This document shows positions 7,969 through 15,448 of a stretch of 25,967 nucleotides of DNA, one piece after another (the first letter of the stretch is position 1; each line of letters starts with the position of its first letter). The notes beneath the pieces were generated by a model that saw only the letters and a list, made by a program, of their open reading frames with translations, was not told where the DNA came from and did no database searches. Location of the stretch: the IMG/VR virus record IMGVR_UViG_3300037608_000084, positions 1 to 25,967 of that record, one strand, 5' to 3'. The stretch comes from a virus (Duplodnaviria; Caudoviricetes). Made by a program: the position numbers and the translations under genes.

Positions 7969-8209
7969 TCAACTCTTTCTCCGCCGTCTCTATTTCTTTC
8001 AGCAGTTTAAGATATTCAGCCTGAATTTTTTCAAGCTCTTCCGCGATGTCGGCGACGAGCGACAGCCTTATATCCTCAGGTTTAGTAAAAGGATGCCCTG
8101 ACAGAACGTCCTTTATATCTCTTACCCGGCGGTCTATCTCGGCGGCGAGCACCGTTGCCCTGTATTTCCTTGCCTGTATTTCCGACTTTAACCGGGCAAT
8201 CTCACCCAT
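7961..8209 (-). CDS. Hypothetical helical phage protein
   Basis: 82 aa, GGAGG RBS, overlaps both neighbours. Confidence 0.75.
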   Translation of the reverse strand: MGEIARLKSEIQARKYRATVLAAEIDRRVRDIKDVLSGHPFTKPEDIRLSLVADIAEELEKIQAEYLKLLKEIETAEKELNG

Positions 8210-8543
8210 GCATATCCTCCATGCGCTGTTTTTTAATTCTGTTTAACGGGCAGAACTGATTCATGTCGATTTTATCTATGGCCTCGCTCCATTTTGCCGT
8301 GTTAAGACTTATGACGTCCTGCTGCATTTTTGTTAGCCTGTCGAACGACTCTGACAGCTTTGCGTTATTCTCATACATTTGTTTTACGGCTTCAAAACGC
8401 TTTTCATTCTGTCTGCTGATGATGTAAGAAAAAACCCAGGGGCCGATTATTGTCGCAAAAACGATTGTGCCTATCGGCCATGTGCCCATCCGTTCAAGAA
8501 GCGTGCTTATGGCGGCAAGAGCATGCAGCGCGTCGGGCGTCAT
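8202..8543 (-). CDS. Membrane-anchored coiled-coil phage protein
   Basis: 113 aa; one hydrophobic segment followed by a coiled coil; coupled to the holin. Confidence 0.75.
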   Translation of the reverse strand: MTPDALHALAAISTLLERMGTWPIGTIVFATIIGPWVFSYIISRQNEKRFEAVKQMYENNAKLSESFDRLTKMQQDVISLNTAKWSEAIDKIDMNQFCPLNRIKKQRMEDMHG

Positions 8544-8977
8544 TACCGGTTCCCTTCTGAATTCTTGTATTTTTCAAATGTCCTCATGCCGCCGATCCCA
8601 AGAAGTGCGAAGAGCACAGTAACAAGGCTCCCGGTATCCATCTCGGGAGCAGACACATTTTTACCGGCTATTTTAATAATCCACTCGAAAATAGGGCTTC
8701 CGATAAACTGCCAGCCCAAGGAGAATCCGCATACCCAGCCTACAAAAGGTCTCCAACCGGCAACAAATATTGACGGATGTTTTGCCTCTTCCAGGTTTAT
8801 ATCCGTCTGCGCCTTTGTCAGCGCATATTCAATTTCAAGAGCACGCTGCTCTAATTCGGCTTTTTTCTCCGGCGATATTTCTCCGGTTATCGCCTGGCGG
8901 ATGTCCTTTGCAAACTGTCCTGCGGAATTTAAAAGCCCGGAAACGCCCCCTGATAGAATATCGCTGATAACACTCAT
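8543..8977 (-). CDS. Holin (3TM, GTA-holin-like family)
   Basis: FVAGWRPFVGWVCG...LLGIGGMRTFEK motif. Confidence 0.88.
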   Translation of the reverse strand: MSVISDILSGGVSGLLNSAGQFAKDIRQAITGEISPEKKAELEQRALEIEYALTKAQTDINLEEAKHPSIFVAGWRPFVGWVCGFSLGWQFIGSPIFEWIIKIAGKNVSAPEMDTGSLVTVLFALLGIGGMRTFEKYKNSEGNR

Positions 8978-9261
8978 CGCAGTAATTGCCTCCAGTTGTT
9001 AATGATTATTGCTCCGTATCCGGTTGTAATAATGACCCCCGATGCGAGGGATGCTGTAGCATTTATCTGTGACCCCCATATCAAACTTATGACAGCAATG
9101 GCCGTAAGCGTGCATTTGGCCGGCGCAAAAAGCTTTTTTTCTATGCACCACCTCATTGCCGGGTTCAACTCGCGCCCTCCGGCGGCAATAATCTTTTTTG
9201 TTGTGATATAGTCCGCAACAGACAATGCTATGATAAGGATAACCATTAGATAAACAGCCAC
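8974..9261 (-). CDS. DUF5658-like membrane protein
   Basis: DYITT...GGRELNP motif with three hydrophobic segments. Confidence 0.7.
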   Translation of the reverse strand: MAVYLMVILIIALSVADYITTKKIIAAGGRELNPAMRWCIEKKLFAPAKCTLTAIAVISLIWGSQINATASLASGVIITTGYGAIIINNWRQLLR

Positions 9262-9286
9262 GTTGCGCCTCCTTGGACCCTGTTCT

Positions 9287-9748
9287 TTATATAAGTTTCA
9301 CTGCCGCATCATACGCGGCCATAGCCCGGTTTATCCATCCGCGCAGATATTTTGAGTATTTTGAGGGATTTCTTTTGCACAGGCGCTCATAGAATGCTAT
9401 CCTGCGCTCCCTGTAAAGCACCGGGTCGACGCTGCCGTAAAGAATAGTCGTTGCCGCCATAGGCCCCGCGTTGTACGCAAAGTCGGCTGCCTGGAGATCA
9501 ACTCCGGCAGGCAGGCTGTCCGCCTTTACGCGCCGCCAGTATTCCTTTTTGAACACATCCCGGACAACATCGGCGTTAACGAGTTTTACGTCGTGTTCGT
9601 CAATATTGCCGTCATAGTTCAGGTCAAGTTTCAAGGCACGCATTAACCCGATGGTAACGCCCATTTGCGTGGCGCCGGCGTGGTCTACGGTATAGCCCCC
9701 TTCGGCCTTCAGAATGAATGTTAGCGTGGGTTCGAAGTTTTCTTTCAT
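9287..9748 (-). CDS. Endolysin, glycoside hydrolase family 108
   Basis: EGGY, GATQMGVT, YW....D.LP.G, D.AYNAG and GWINR motifs; DLNYDGNID calcium-binding-like loop. Confidence 0.9.
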   Translation of the reverse strand: MKENFEPTLTFILKAEGGYTVDHAGATQMGVTIGLMRALKLDLNYDGNIDEHDVKLVNADVVRDVFKKEYWRRVKADSLPAGVDLQAADFAYNAGPMAATTILYGSVDPVLYRERRIAFYERLCKRNPSKYSKYLRGWINRAMAAYDAAVKLI

Positions 9749-9828
9749 GTGAGTATACTACTATCGATTGATTGAAATGCTAAATACTGAAGCATTTCAG
9801 CTTGAAGTGTTTCACTGATTTGATTTCA
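9749..9828 (-). promoter_or_regulatory. Putative Mor/C-activated late promoter with TGAA-N4-TTCA boxes
   Basis: TGAAGCATTTCA (9788-9799), TGAAGTGTTTCA (9803-9814) and degenerate TGAAATGCTAAA (9773-9784) at 15-bp period. TAGTAT lies 6 nt before the endolysin ATG; no RBS. Confidence 0.65.
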
Positions 9829-10144
9829 TTGATGTGAAGAAAAGAGGCAGCACAAGGTCGTCTTCCCCTTCGGGCTGTATGCCCAGAATATTATAAATCT
9901 GCCGACCCGTCAAGTCGTGTTGCCTTGCAAGGTCTCGCACTGCGGAAGTCTTGTCTGCCGCAGTGTCATACTGCCGCCGGATTTTGGTGTTTCTGACCTC
10001 CCTGCGCATATCGTCCAGCTTGGGTACGGATATCCATAGCCCGCCAAATTCATGCGATAGGCGCAGGGCGTTGTCCACGCCGATAATTTCGGCAACCCTT
10101 TTGAAATCACCTCCAAGACGTTTCAGTATGGTGTCATCATTCAT
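9812..10144 (-). CDS. mor: Mor/C family transcription activator
   Basis: AEIIGVDNALRL...FGG..I.VPK...RN..IR...LA....LT.RQIYNIL. Confidence 0.92.
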   Translation of the reverse strand: MNDDTILKRLGGDFKRVAEIIGVDNALRLSHEFGGLWISVPKLDDMRREVRNTKIRRQYDTAADKTSAVRDLARQHDLTGRQIYNILGIQPEGEDDLVLPLFFTSMKSNQ

Positions 10145-10620
10145 AACGCTTGCGCCTTGCTGCCGTTAAACCGGCAGTTGCATTTGTTCTGCGATTTCAA
10201 AAGTCCTTTGAGACCTTCAATCACGCGGGTTGCCTCAATGCTTGTCTTGATTATCGTCAATCCGTAGTACTTCATGAGCCAGCGCCGGAATCCGTCCCGG
10301 ACCTTCCAGTGGACATCGGCAACAAGGTGATCAATCATGTGCGTCTGCTGCGGGGAGACCATCAAAGTCACATTGCCCGGCAGCTTGTCCCGTCTTGGTC
10401 GTGGAGCGCATAGCGCACATGGAGGCCGGTTTGATTTCAGCTTGAAGCCCAGTTTTTTGAGTTCATCGATTAATTTGCCGGCCTGGTCATAGTCCAGTTC
10501 CTTGCACGACTTCGCGCCGAAACGGGCATGAAGCAGCAGCCGGTATGTGCTGTCGTTCATGCCGATCTGCGAGATTGCTACATGGATTAACTTTGTCTGT
10601 TTCGGGTCAATGGGTTTCAT
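10141..10620 (-). CDS. gemA: GemA / DUF1018 regulatory protein
   Basis: LIHVA..Q.G.....YR.LL...G..S.KEL...LI..LK.LGF motif; start moved to ATG 10620 (GAGG RBS). Confidence 0.88.
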   Translation of the reverse strand: MKPIDPKQTKLIHVAISQIGMNDSTYRLLLHARFGAKSCKELDYDQAGKLIDELKKLGFKLKSNRPPCALCAPRPRRDKLPGNVTLMVSPQQTHMIDHLVADVHWKVRDGFRRWLMKYYGLTIIKTSIEATRVIEGLKGLLKSQNKCNCRFNGSKAQAL

Positions 10621-10996
10621 GTTGTGCCTCTGCATTTATATATTTCAGATATGCCTGCCCCATTACATCAACCATTGCCTGTTTTTTAAGGTGAGATACC
10701 CTTACAAATATCATAATCCCCCTGTGTTCAAGGCTTCCCACTACTTCATCAACTTCTTCTTTTGTTACCGGCACGTAATAGCCCTTGCCGTTACTGCCGA
10801 TCAGTTTGTGGTGCTCGTTGATCAGGTGGGCGATCACAGCCCGGACGCGTGTGTAATCTATGCCTGTCCGCCGGGCGATTTCCGGACCGAGGATTTCGTT
10901 GCCTTTTCCTCTCCTGCATTCGATGATACGCCAAATGTCCTTTTCCTCGTTCGTCATCGGGTACCCGTCAAAATTAAGGGTTAATTGCTCCGGCAT
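10607..10996 (-). CDS. Winged-helix phage protein
   Basis: EIARRTGI..TRVR.VI..L......IGS..KGYY; GAGG RBS before ATG 10996. Confidence 0.75.
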   Translation of the reverse strand: MPEQLTLNFDGYPMTNEEKDIWRIIECRRGKGNEILGPEIARRTGIDYTRVRAVIAHLINEHHKLIGSNGKGYYVPVTKEEVDEVVGSLEHRGIMIFVRVSHLKKQAMVDVMGQAYLKYINAEAQHETH

Positions 10997-11007
10997 CAAT
11001 ACCTCAT

Positions 11008-11067
11008 AGAAGGTTAGATGTGTAGAGGCGTAGATGGTTAGCTAAACCTCTAATCATCCAATCCTCC
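11008..11067. repeat. 8-mer periodic hairpin
   Basis: AGAAGGTT AGATGTGT AGAGGCGT AGATGGTT AG|CT AAACCTCT AATCATCC AATCCTCC. Confidence 0.8.
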
Positions 11068-11190
11068 GGCCCTCTTCTTCGGCCCCATCTTCTCTTTCCC
11101 GCACTTTGAACACTTGTAATACCAATAAAACGTATCCTGGCCAAATCGCTTCATCTCTCCGTCACAGTTCCAGCAGGGTATGATATTCAT
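11050..11190 (-). CDS. Small zinc-ribbon protein (46 aa)
   Basis: MNIIPCWNCDGEM...YYKCSKCGKEK...; ATGA overlap with the HNH gene. Below the ORF-track cutoff. Confidence 0.7.
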   Translation of the reverse strand: MNIIPCWNCDGEMKRFGQDTFYWYYKCSKCGKEKMGPKKRAGGLDD

Positions 11191-11987
11191 GCCGCCACCC
11201 TTGCGAGGCCGTGTACCTTCACTTCCAATTTTGTTAATGCCAGCGCGCTGGGCTTTAATTCAACGGGCGTTTCGGCATACCACCGGTTCAGGTGTAGCAA
11301 CTCGGCACGGCTGACGAGCCTTAAATTGGCGATCCCGCAGTTACTTCTATTGCCGTCGGCGAAAATCACCACGCTGCCCGCGGGAACGGGCCCATGATGC
11401 TGCTCCCAGACCACGATGTGCTTCAGCTTATACCGCGTCGGAAACCCGGTGTAAGGGTCTTGCTCATTGATCTTTACCAGGACGTATCCTTGTCTGGGAT
11501 CTATCCGTTCCGATCCTACGGGCTTTCTGTTGGGCGGATTCGAGCCGGTCTTGAAACTCCCGGAATTGGGGACGGTGAGACCCTGGCCTTTGGTGCCGTT
11601 ATTCCACGGCTTGTGGCCTTTTTCAAAGCGCCCGGTCCGACCGGAGACAATACCGCGATTGTGCACAAAAGTCTTGATTTGCTGCTCTGTTCTGTCGGTT
11701 TGAAAGTGCTCGTTGAAAATTGCGGTCAGCTCGGCCAGGCTCCGACCCGGGTAATTGTCCCGGAGAAATTGCGCCTGATCGGGTGTGTAGAGCCGGGACA
11801 GCATCAAATGCTTGCCATACGGCCTGCCGCACTTAATGCCGTGGTTTTTGAGTGCCGCCCGAATTGAGCTCTCCGTATAGTCCGTGCCAAATTGAGCGTT
11901 GAATTTCGGCACGAGGTCTCTGATCAGCATTGCCACATATCCGGCTTTCAGAAACTCCAGATGCTCCTGTATATATTTATGTCTCAC
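11187..11987 (-). CDS. HNH endonuclease domain protein
   Basis: RFEKGHKPWN, KPVGSER and KHIVVWEQHHGPVP.G..V.F.DGN..N....NL motifs. Confidence 0.88.
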   Translation of the reverse strand: MRHKYIQEHLEFLKAGYVAMLIRDLVPKFNAQFGTDYTESSIRAALKNHGIKCGRPYGKHLMLSRLYTPDQAQFLRDNYPGRSLAELTAIFNEHFQTDRTEQQIKTFVHNRGIVSGRTGRFEKGHKPWNNGTKGQGLTVPNSGSFKTGSNPPNRKPVGSERIDPRQGYVLVKINEQDPYTGFPTRYKLKHIVVWEQHHGPVPAGSVVIFADGNRSNCGIANLRLVSRAELLHLNRWYAETPVELKPSALALTKLEVKVHGLARVAA

Positions 11988-12216
11988 TCTTGCCGTCTCC
12001 CAGCATAGCGGGCAGGTGTGGTATAATCCTGTCGGCTACTGCGATTTGAGCTTTCAGGGCCAACGTGGCGCCGCCTATAATCTGTTTGGCCACGCCTGCG
12101 ACGGCCTGCGCTCGGGCGATTTCTTCTTTTAATGCATCTCCCGCGGTTTCCTCGTCACACAGGCGCTCCATCTCAGTAAATAAATGGTCGTTTAAATCAA
12201 TTAATTTGTTTTTCAT
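11977..12216 (-). CDS. Conserved phage protein
   Basis: MKNKLIDLNDHLF.EMERL...EEIARAQAV; AGGAG RBS before ATG 12216. Confidence 0.8.
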   Translation of the reverse strand: MKNKLIDLNDHLFTEMERLCDEETAGDALKEEIARAQAVAGVAKQIIGGATLALKAQIAVADRIIPHLPAMLGDGKSET

Positions 12217-12509
12217 ACGTTCTCCTTCTGTATGCAAACATCCATAATAAACCTGAGCGCCATGGCTCCGACCTGGATGGCTTCTTTACGCATCAACTTA
12301 ATATCCCGGTCCGCCCTTTTTTTCCAAACCTCGGCTTTCAATTCATCTAATTCTTCCAGGATAACTGCATACCCTTCGTGGGCAGAATTAAATGAGCCAT
12401 GCAACCATGTCGCCTCCCTGTATTCCTGGACAATCCGCAATAGTGTTTCTTGCTCGTTGCAATATTTTTCCATGCCCGTTCCCTTTAATTCCATCGATAG
12501 CTTTTCCAT
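12213..12509 (-). CDS. MazG-like all-alpha NTP pyrophosphohydrolase-type phage protein
   Basis: FNSAHEGYAVILEELDEL...EAIQVGAMALRF; start moved to ATG 12509 (RBS). Confidence 0.6.
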   Translation of the reverse strand: MEKLSMELKGTGMEKYCNEQETLLRIVQEYREATWLHGSFNSAHEGYAVILEELDELKAEVWKKRADRDIKLMRKEAIQVGAMALRFIMDVCIQKENV

Positions 12510-12511
12510 AA

Positions 12512-12772
12512 TTATTCCCTTCCTTCCGGCAATCCTGATTGACGTTTCTGAAACGCGTCGCAAAGATTGTTAATGTTGATTGCATAGTTCCGGCCCATCT
12601 TTATGCCTACTACTCTGCAGCGCCAGTCTTTACGAAGCGGTTCGGTTACACCGAATGCGCAGCCAAAGATATCAATCCACACAATTGCCTGGCAAAACCA
12701 GCAGCATCTCTGCTCTTTTATCTCAGACTTTTTCGCTTTCTGATAATTCAATCCACGCTTATGTTTCAGCAT
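12512..12772 (-). CDS. Cys-rich hypothetical protein
   Basis: 86 aa, CCWFC...C...C; in the operon with tight spacing. Confidence 0.65.
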   Translation of the reverse strand: MLKHKRGLNYQKAKKSEIKEQRCCWFCQAIVWIDIFGCAFGVTEPLRKDWRCRVVGIKMGRNYAININNLCDAFQKRQSGLPEGRE

Positions 12773-12956
12773 GTTCCCACCGTGATCCTATTTTCCGGTA
12801 TCCGCGCAGCCTCAGCAAATCCCTGGCCTCCATACGTACCTTAAAATAGACCCGGAAGGTTGATCTTTCGTAAAAATCCTCAGCCAACAGCATCAGATAA
12901 TCATCCGGGACGCTTTCCACCCGCTGCCCCTTATATTGTCCAAACCTCAGGATCAT
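12759..12956 (-). CDS. DUF3820-like small protein
   Basis: LRFGQYKGQRVESVPDDYL motif; ATGA overlap with gam. Confidence 0.7.
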   Translation of the reverse strand: MILRFGQYKGQRVESVPDDYLMLLAEDFYERSTFRVYFKVRMEARDLLRLRGYRKIGSRWEHAET

Positions 12957-13486
12957 GCCGCTTCCCTCTCTTCTCCGTCCTCATCTTTCTCTTTGAGGAG
13001 CTTATCAACCAGCTTCTCGATCTGGCTGTCTACAGGTTTGATTACCACTACGTCCCCGGTATCCTCTACGGTAATGCCAAGTTTCTTCAGTTCGGCAACG
13101 GTCAGGTTTGCCAGCGCTTTTTTGACGGGTTTTTTCTTTGTCTGTATCAGCACATCGGCCTGATCGGAAAAGTGCTTTTCAATGAGTTTAACTACCTGGT
13201 CGTTGTCGGCGATTTCGATCTTGCCTTTGCCCTTCTCAAATCCCACTTTGATGCCGTGCATTATGAGCGTCCGGGGCTTCGCAAACATGCTTTTGCTGTC
13301 CTCAAGCTCCACCTTCAAGTGCGCTTCCATCTCCTTTGCAATCCCGACCTGAATCTTGATCCCCGGTAGATACTGCCGTTTCAATGTCTCGATCTGATCT
13401 TCAAGCTTCTGTAATGTGGCTGCCAGTTTATCCCTTGCGTCCGCGTATGCCTTTGTTGATCTTTCAATTTCTCCCAGTGTCGCCAT
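12953..13486 (-). CDS. gam: Gam-like host-nuclease inhibitor
   Basis: 177 aa; N-terminal coiled coil, F.KPRT...GIKVGF.KG, K.P.KKAL....L.KLGI; Mu early position. Confidence 0.75.
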   Translation of the reverse strand: MATLGEIERSTKAYADARDKLAATLQKLEDQIETLKRQYLPGIKIQVGIAKEMEAHLKVELEDSKSMFAKPRTLIMHGIKVGFEKGKGKIEIADNDQVVKLIEKHFSDQADVLIQTKKKPVKKALANLTVAELKKLGITVEDTGDVVVIKPVDSQIEKLVDKLLKEKDEDGEEREAA

Positions 13487-13500
13487 GTCGGCCTCCTTTT

Positions 13501-13686
13501 TTAATTTAAATGTGCTGTCGGGTTATCAACGTAGATGCCCCGCACCGGAGCAGGCATGACGCTGTTTCTGTCAACCTCAAGCCTTACATTGTTGTTTTCG
13601 ATTTCATACCTGTTGATTACTGTGTCATTGTTGCTGCATATCTTAATTACACATCCGTTTTTATACACTTCTATATACGCCTTCAT
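13501..13686 (-). CDS. Hypothetical protein
   Basis: 61 aa, GGAG RBS, TAATG overlap. Confidence 0.6.
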   Translation of the reverse strand: MKAYIEVYKNGCVIKICSNNDTVINRYEIENNNVRLEVDRNSVMPAPVRGIYVDNPTAHLN

Positions 13687-13877
13687 TATTCCACTCCCTG
13701 TTTATACGCAACATGCCATTCACCCGGCATCTTCGCGCCGTCCAGAAACTCCTTATATGCCAGTTGTCGCTTCAACACCTTTTCGTTATGTTCTTTTTTC
13801 ATGTCGAATTGCGCAACGGCGATAAAAATCACCAGAATTGCGATGATCACCACTATTATCTTTTCAAATCCGTCCAT
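13686..13877 (-). CDS. Small single-pass membrane protein
   Basis: MDGFEKIIVVIIAILVIFIAVAQ...; GAGGGGG RBS before ATG 13877. Confidence 0.65.
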   Translation of the reverse strand: MDGFEKIIVVIIAILVIFIAVAQFDMKKEHNEKVLKRQLAYKEFLDGAKMPGEWHVAYKQGVE

Positions 13878-13890
13878 GTTTCCCCCTCTT

Positions 13891-13980
13891 TCACACAAAT
13901 ATAATTAACAATGTGAAAAAAACGCCCACAAAAACCCCGGCCAAAAACATGCATGTCGCTAATGTTTTTCTGTCACACAT
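13891..13980 (-). CDS. 29-aa hydrophobic peptide
   Basis: MCDRKTLATCMFLAGVFVGVFFTLLIIFV*; GGAGG RBS; fills the operon gap. Confidence 0.55.
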   Translation of the reverse strand: MCDRKTLATCMFLAGVFVGVFFTLLIIFV

Positions 13981-14186
13981 TTCCCGCCTCCTCTTGGACA
14001 TCCCTTACATTTCTCCGGTTGCCGTAAATTCCTAACCATGCATACGCACAGTTGAATCCTGTCATTCCATCCCACACAATCCACATCACCGTTGGCATAC
14101 CTTCTTGGATGATTAGATGTTTGGATGTTTGGAGGGTTAGCTACACTTCCAACCTTCCAGCCCTCTAACCTTCTGTTTTTAATCAT
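13959..14186 (-). CDS. Cys-rich hypothetical protein whose N-terminus is encoded by an 8-mer hairpin repeat
   Basis: ATGA overlap with the ATPase gene; C...C.C...CKGC C-terminal part. Confidence 0.55.
   Translation of the reverse strand: MIKNRRLEGWKVGSVANPPNIQTSNHPRRYANGDVDCVGWNDRIQLCVCMVRNLRQPEKCKGCPRGGGKCVTEKH
14107..14174. repeat. 8-mer periodic hairpin
   Basis: GGATGATT AGATGTTT GGATGTTT GGAGGGTT AG|CT ACACTTCC AACCTTCC AGCCCTCT AACCTTCT. Confidence 0.82.
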
Positions 14187-15430
14187 ATTGCCATCACCAC
14201 ACCTTCGGTTACTTTCTCCTCACCCATCTCATAGGCAAGGTTCATAGCCTTGGCTGCATAGTTGTTGACGAGACCCGGATAAGCACGGCTGATCGTTTTG
14301 CCCGTCATGCCGTCCTTGTCTGTGAGCCGCCTTGACAGCGCCGCCAGGGCTTCATCGGCAAAGATATCGTCAACCTTTGCCCCTACACGCTTGAATTTCA
14401 GCGCCAGATAATCCTTAATATTTCCGTTCAGCCCTCTGATCTCAGCTATTTGTATCCGCCTGATGACCTCTCTCATATCCTGATGTCTATCTTCGTCCAG
14501 CTTTTCTTCCTTCAGCTCCGGCTGTCCGATAAGGATAATGCCGAGAAGTTTTGTATAGCCGTCCTCAAATTCATAAAAGCGCTTTAAGAGCTTGAGCACC
14601 CGGTAACTAAGATCGTGGGCCTCCTCGATAATGATCACGTGGCGGGAGCCCTGTTTGTGCCTGGCAAGGAGCAGCCTCAGCACCTGCCGCGACTTGTCTT
14701 CCAGTCTCTGCCTCGGTTTTTCTGATGATATATCGTGGACAATAGCATCACACAAAGATGACGCAGTAACGCGCTCCTTATCGACAATGACCGGAAATAT
14801 AACTCTGACGTTGCCTTCCTTTTGCAGGGCAATTGCGACCTTCCTTCTCATAATGCTCTTACCGCTTTGCACTTCTCCGATCACGGCCAGAAACCCTGCA
14901 TGTTTTGCCGCATCAAACATGGCCGCTTCGATATAGCGGTGCTCATCGGACATATAAATGTCCCGCTCTTCCAATACATCATTAATGAAAGGACTCTTAA
15001 ATAACTTAAAATGTCTTTTCGTCTCCTCGGTTATCACTTCCACCTCCTTAATAATGTTGATATATTCCGGGTTGCCGGACATAAAACCTCTGATGTGCAA
15101 CTTTTTTGTCGCTGATTCCCGTTCACCGTGGCCTATCGGGTGCAGCTTTTTTGTCCGCCCGCCCAGTGGATCCCAAATATTTTTGATGTTCATATTTTTG
15201 TTAATGAGCCATTCCCTGGCCTGTTTCAGGGAATTGATGTATGCCTCGACATCCGACTTAAAGTTAGGGTCGTGCTGCGGCACATATCCCCTGTTAACAA
15301 CATTGTGAATAGTGATCCTTTGGTACGTTGTCGCCTTTGCAAGCATCCCCTGGGATATGTCGCACTCAACCAGCAAAACCTTTAGAACAATAGGCTGTAT
15401 CTCCATCTGATATGCCCTTGATGCATTCAC
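14183..15430 (-). CDS. Transposition AAA ATPase (MuB-role, ExeA-like) with N-terminal HTH
   Basis: GEVQSGKS Walker A, IIIEEAH Walker B, IILIGQPEL; follows the transposase. Start likely GTG 15430 after GGAGGTG. Confidence 0.9.
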   Translation of the reverse strand: MNASRAYQMEIQPIVLKVLLVECDISQGMLAKATTYQRITIHNVVNRGYVPQHDPNFKSDVEAYINSLKQAREWLINKNMNIKNIWDPLGGRTKKLHPIGHGERESATKKLHIRGFMSGNPEYINIIKEVEVITEETKRHFKLFKSPFINDVLEERDIYMSDEHRYIEAAMFDAAKHAGFLAVIGEVQSGKSIMRRKVAIALQKEGNVRVIFPVIVDKERVTASSLCDAIVHDISSEKPRQRLEDKSRQVLRLLLARHKQGSRHVIIIEEAHDLSYRVLKLLKRFYEFEDGYTKLLGIILIGQPELKEEKLDEDRHQDMREVIRRIQIAEIRGLNGNIKDYLALKFKRVGAKVDDIFADEALAALSRRLTDKDGMTGKTISRAYPGLVNNYAAKAMNLAYEMGEEKVTEGVVMAI

Positions 15431-15448
15431 TTGTTTCACCTCCAATCT

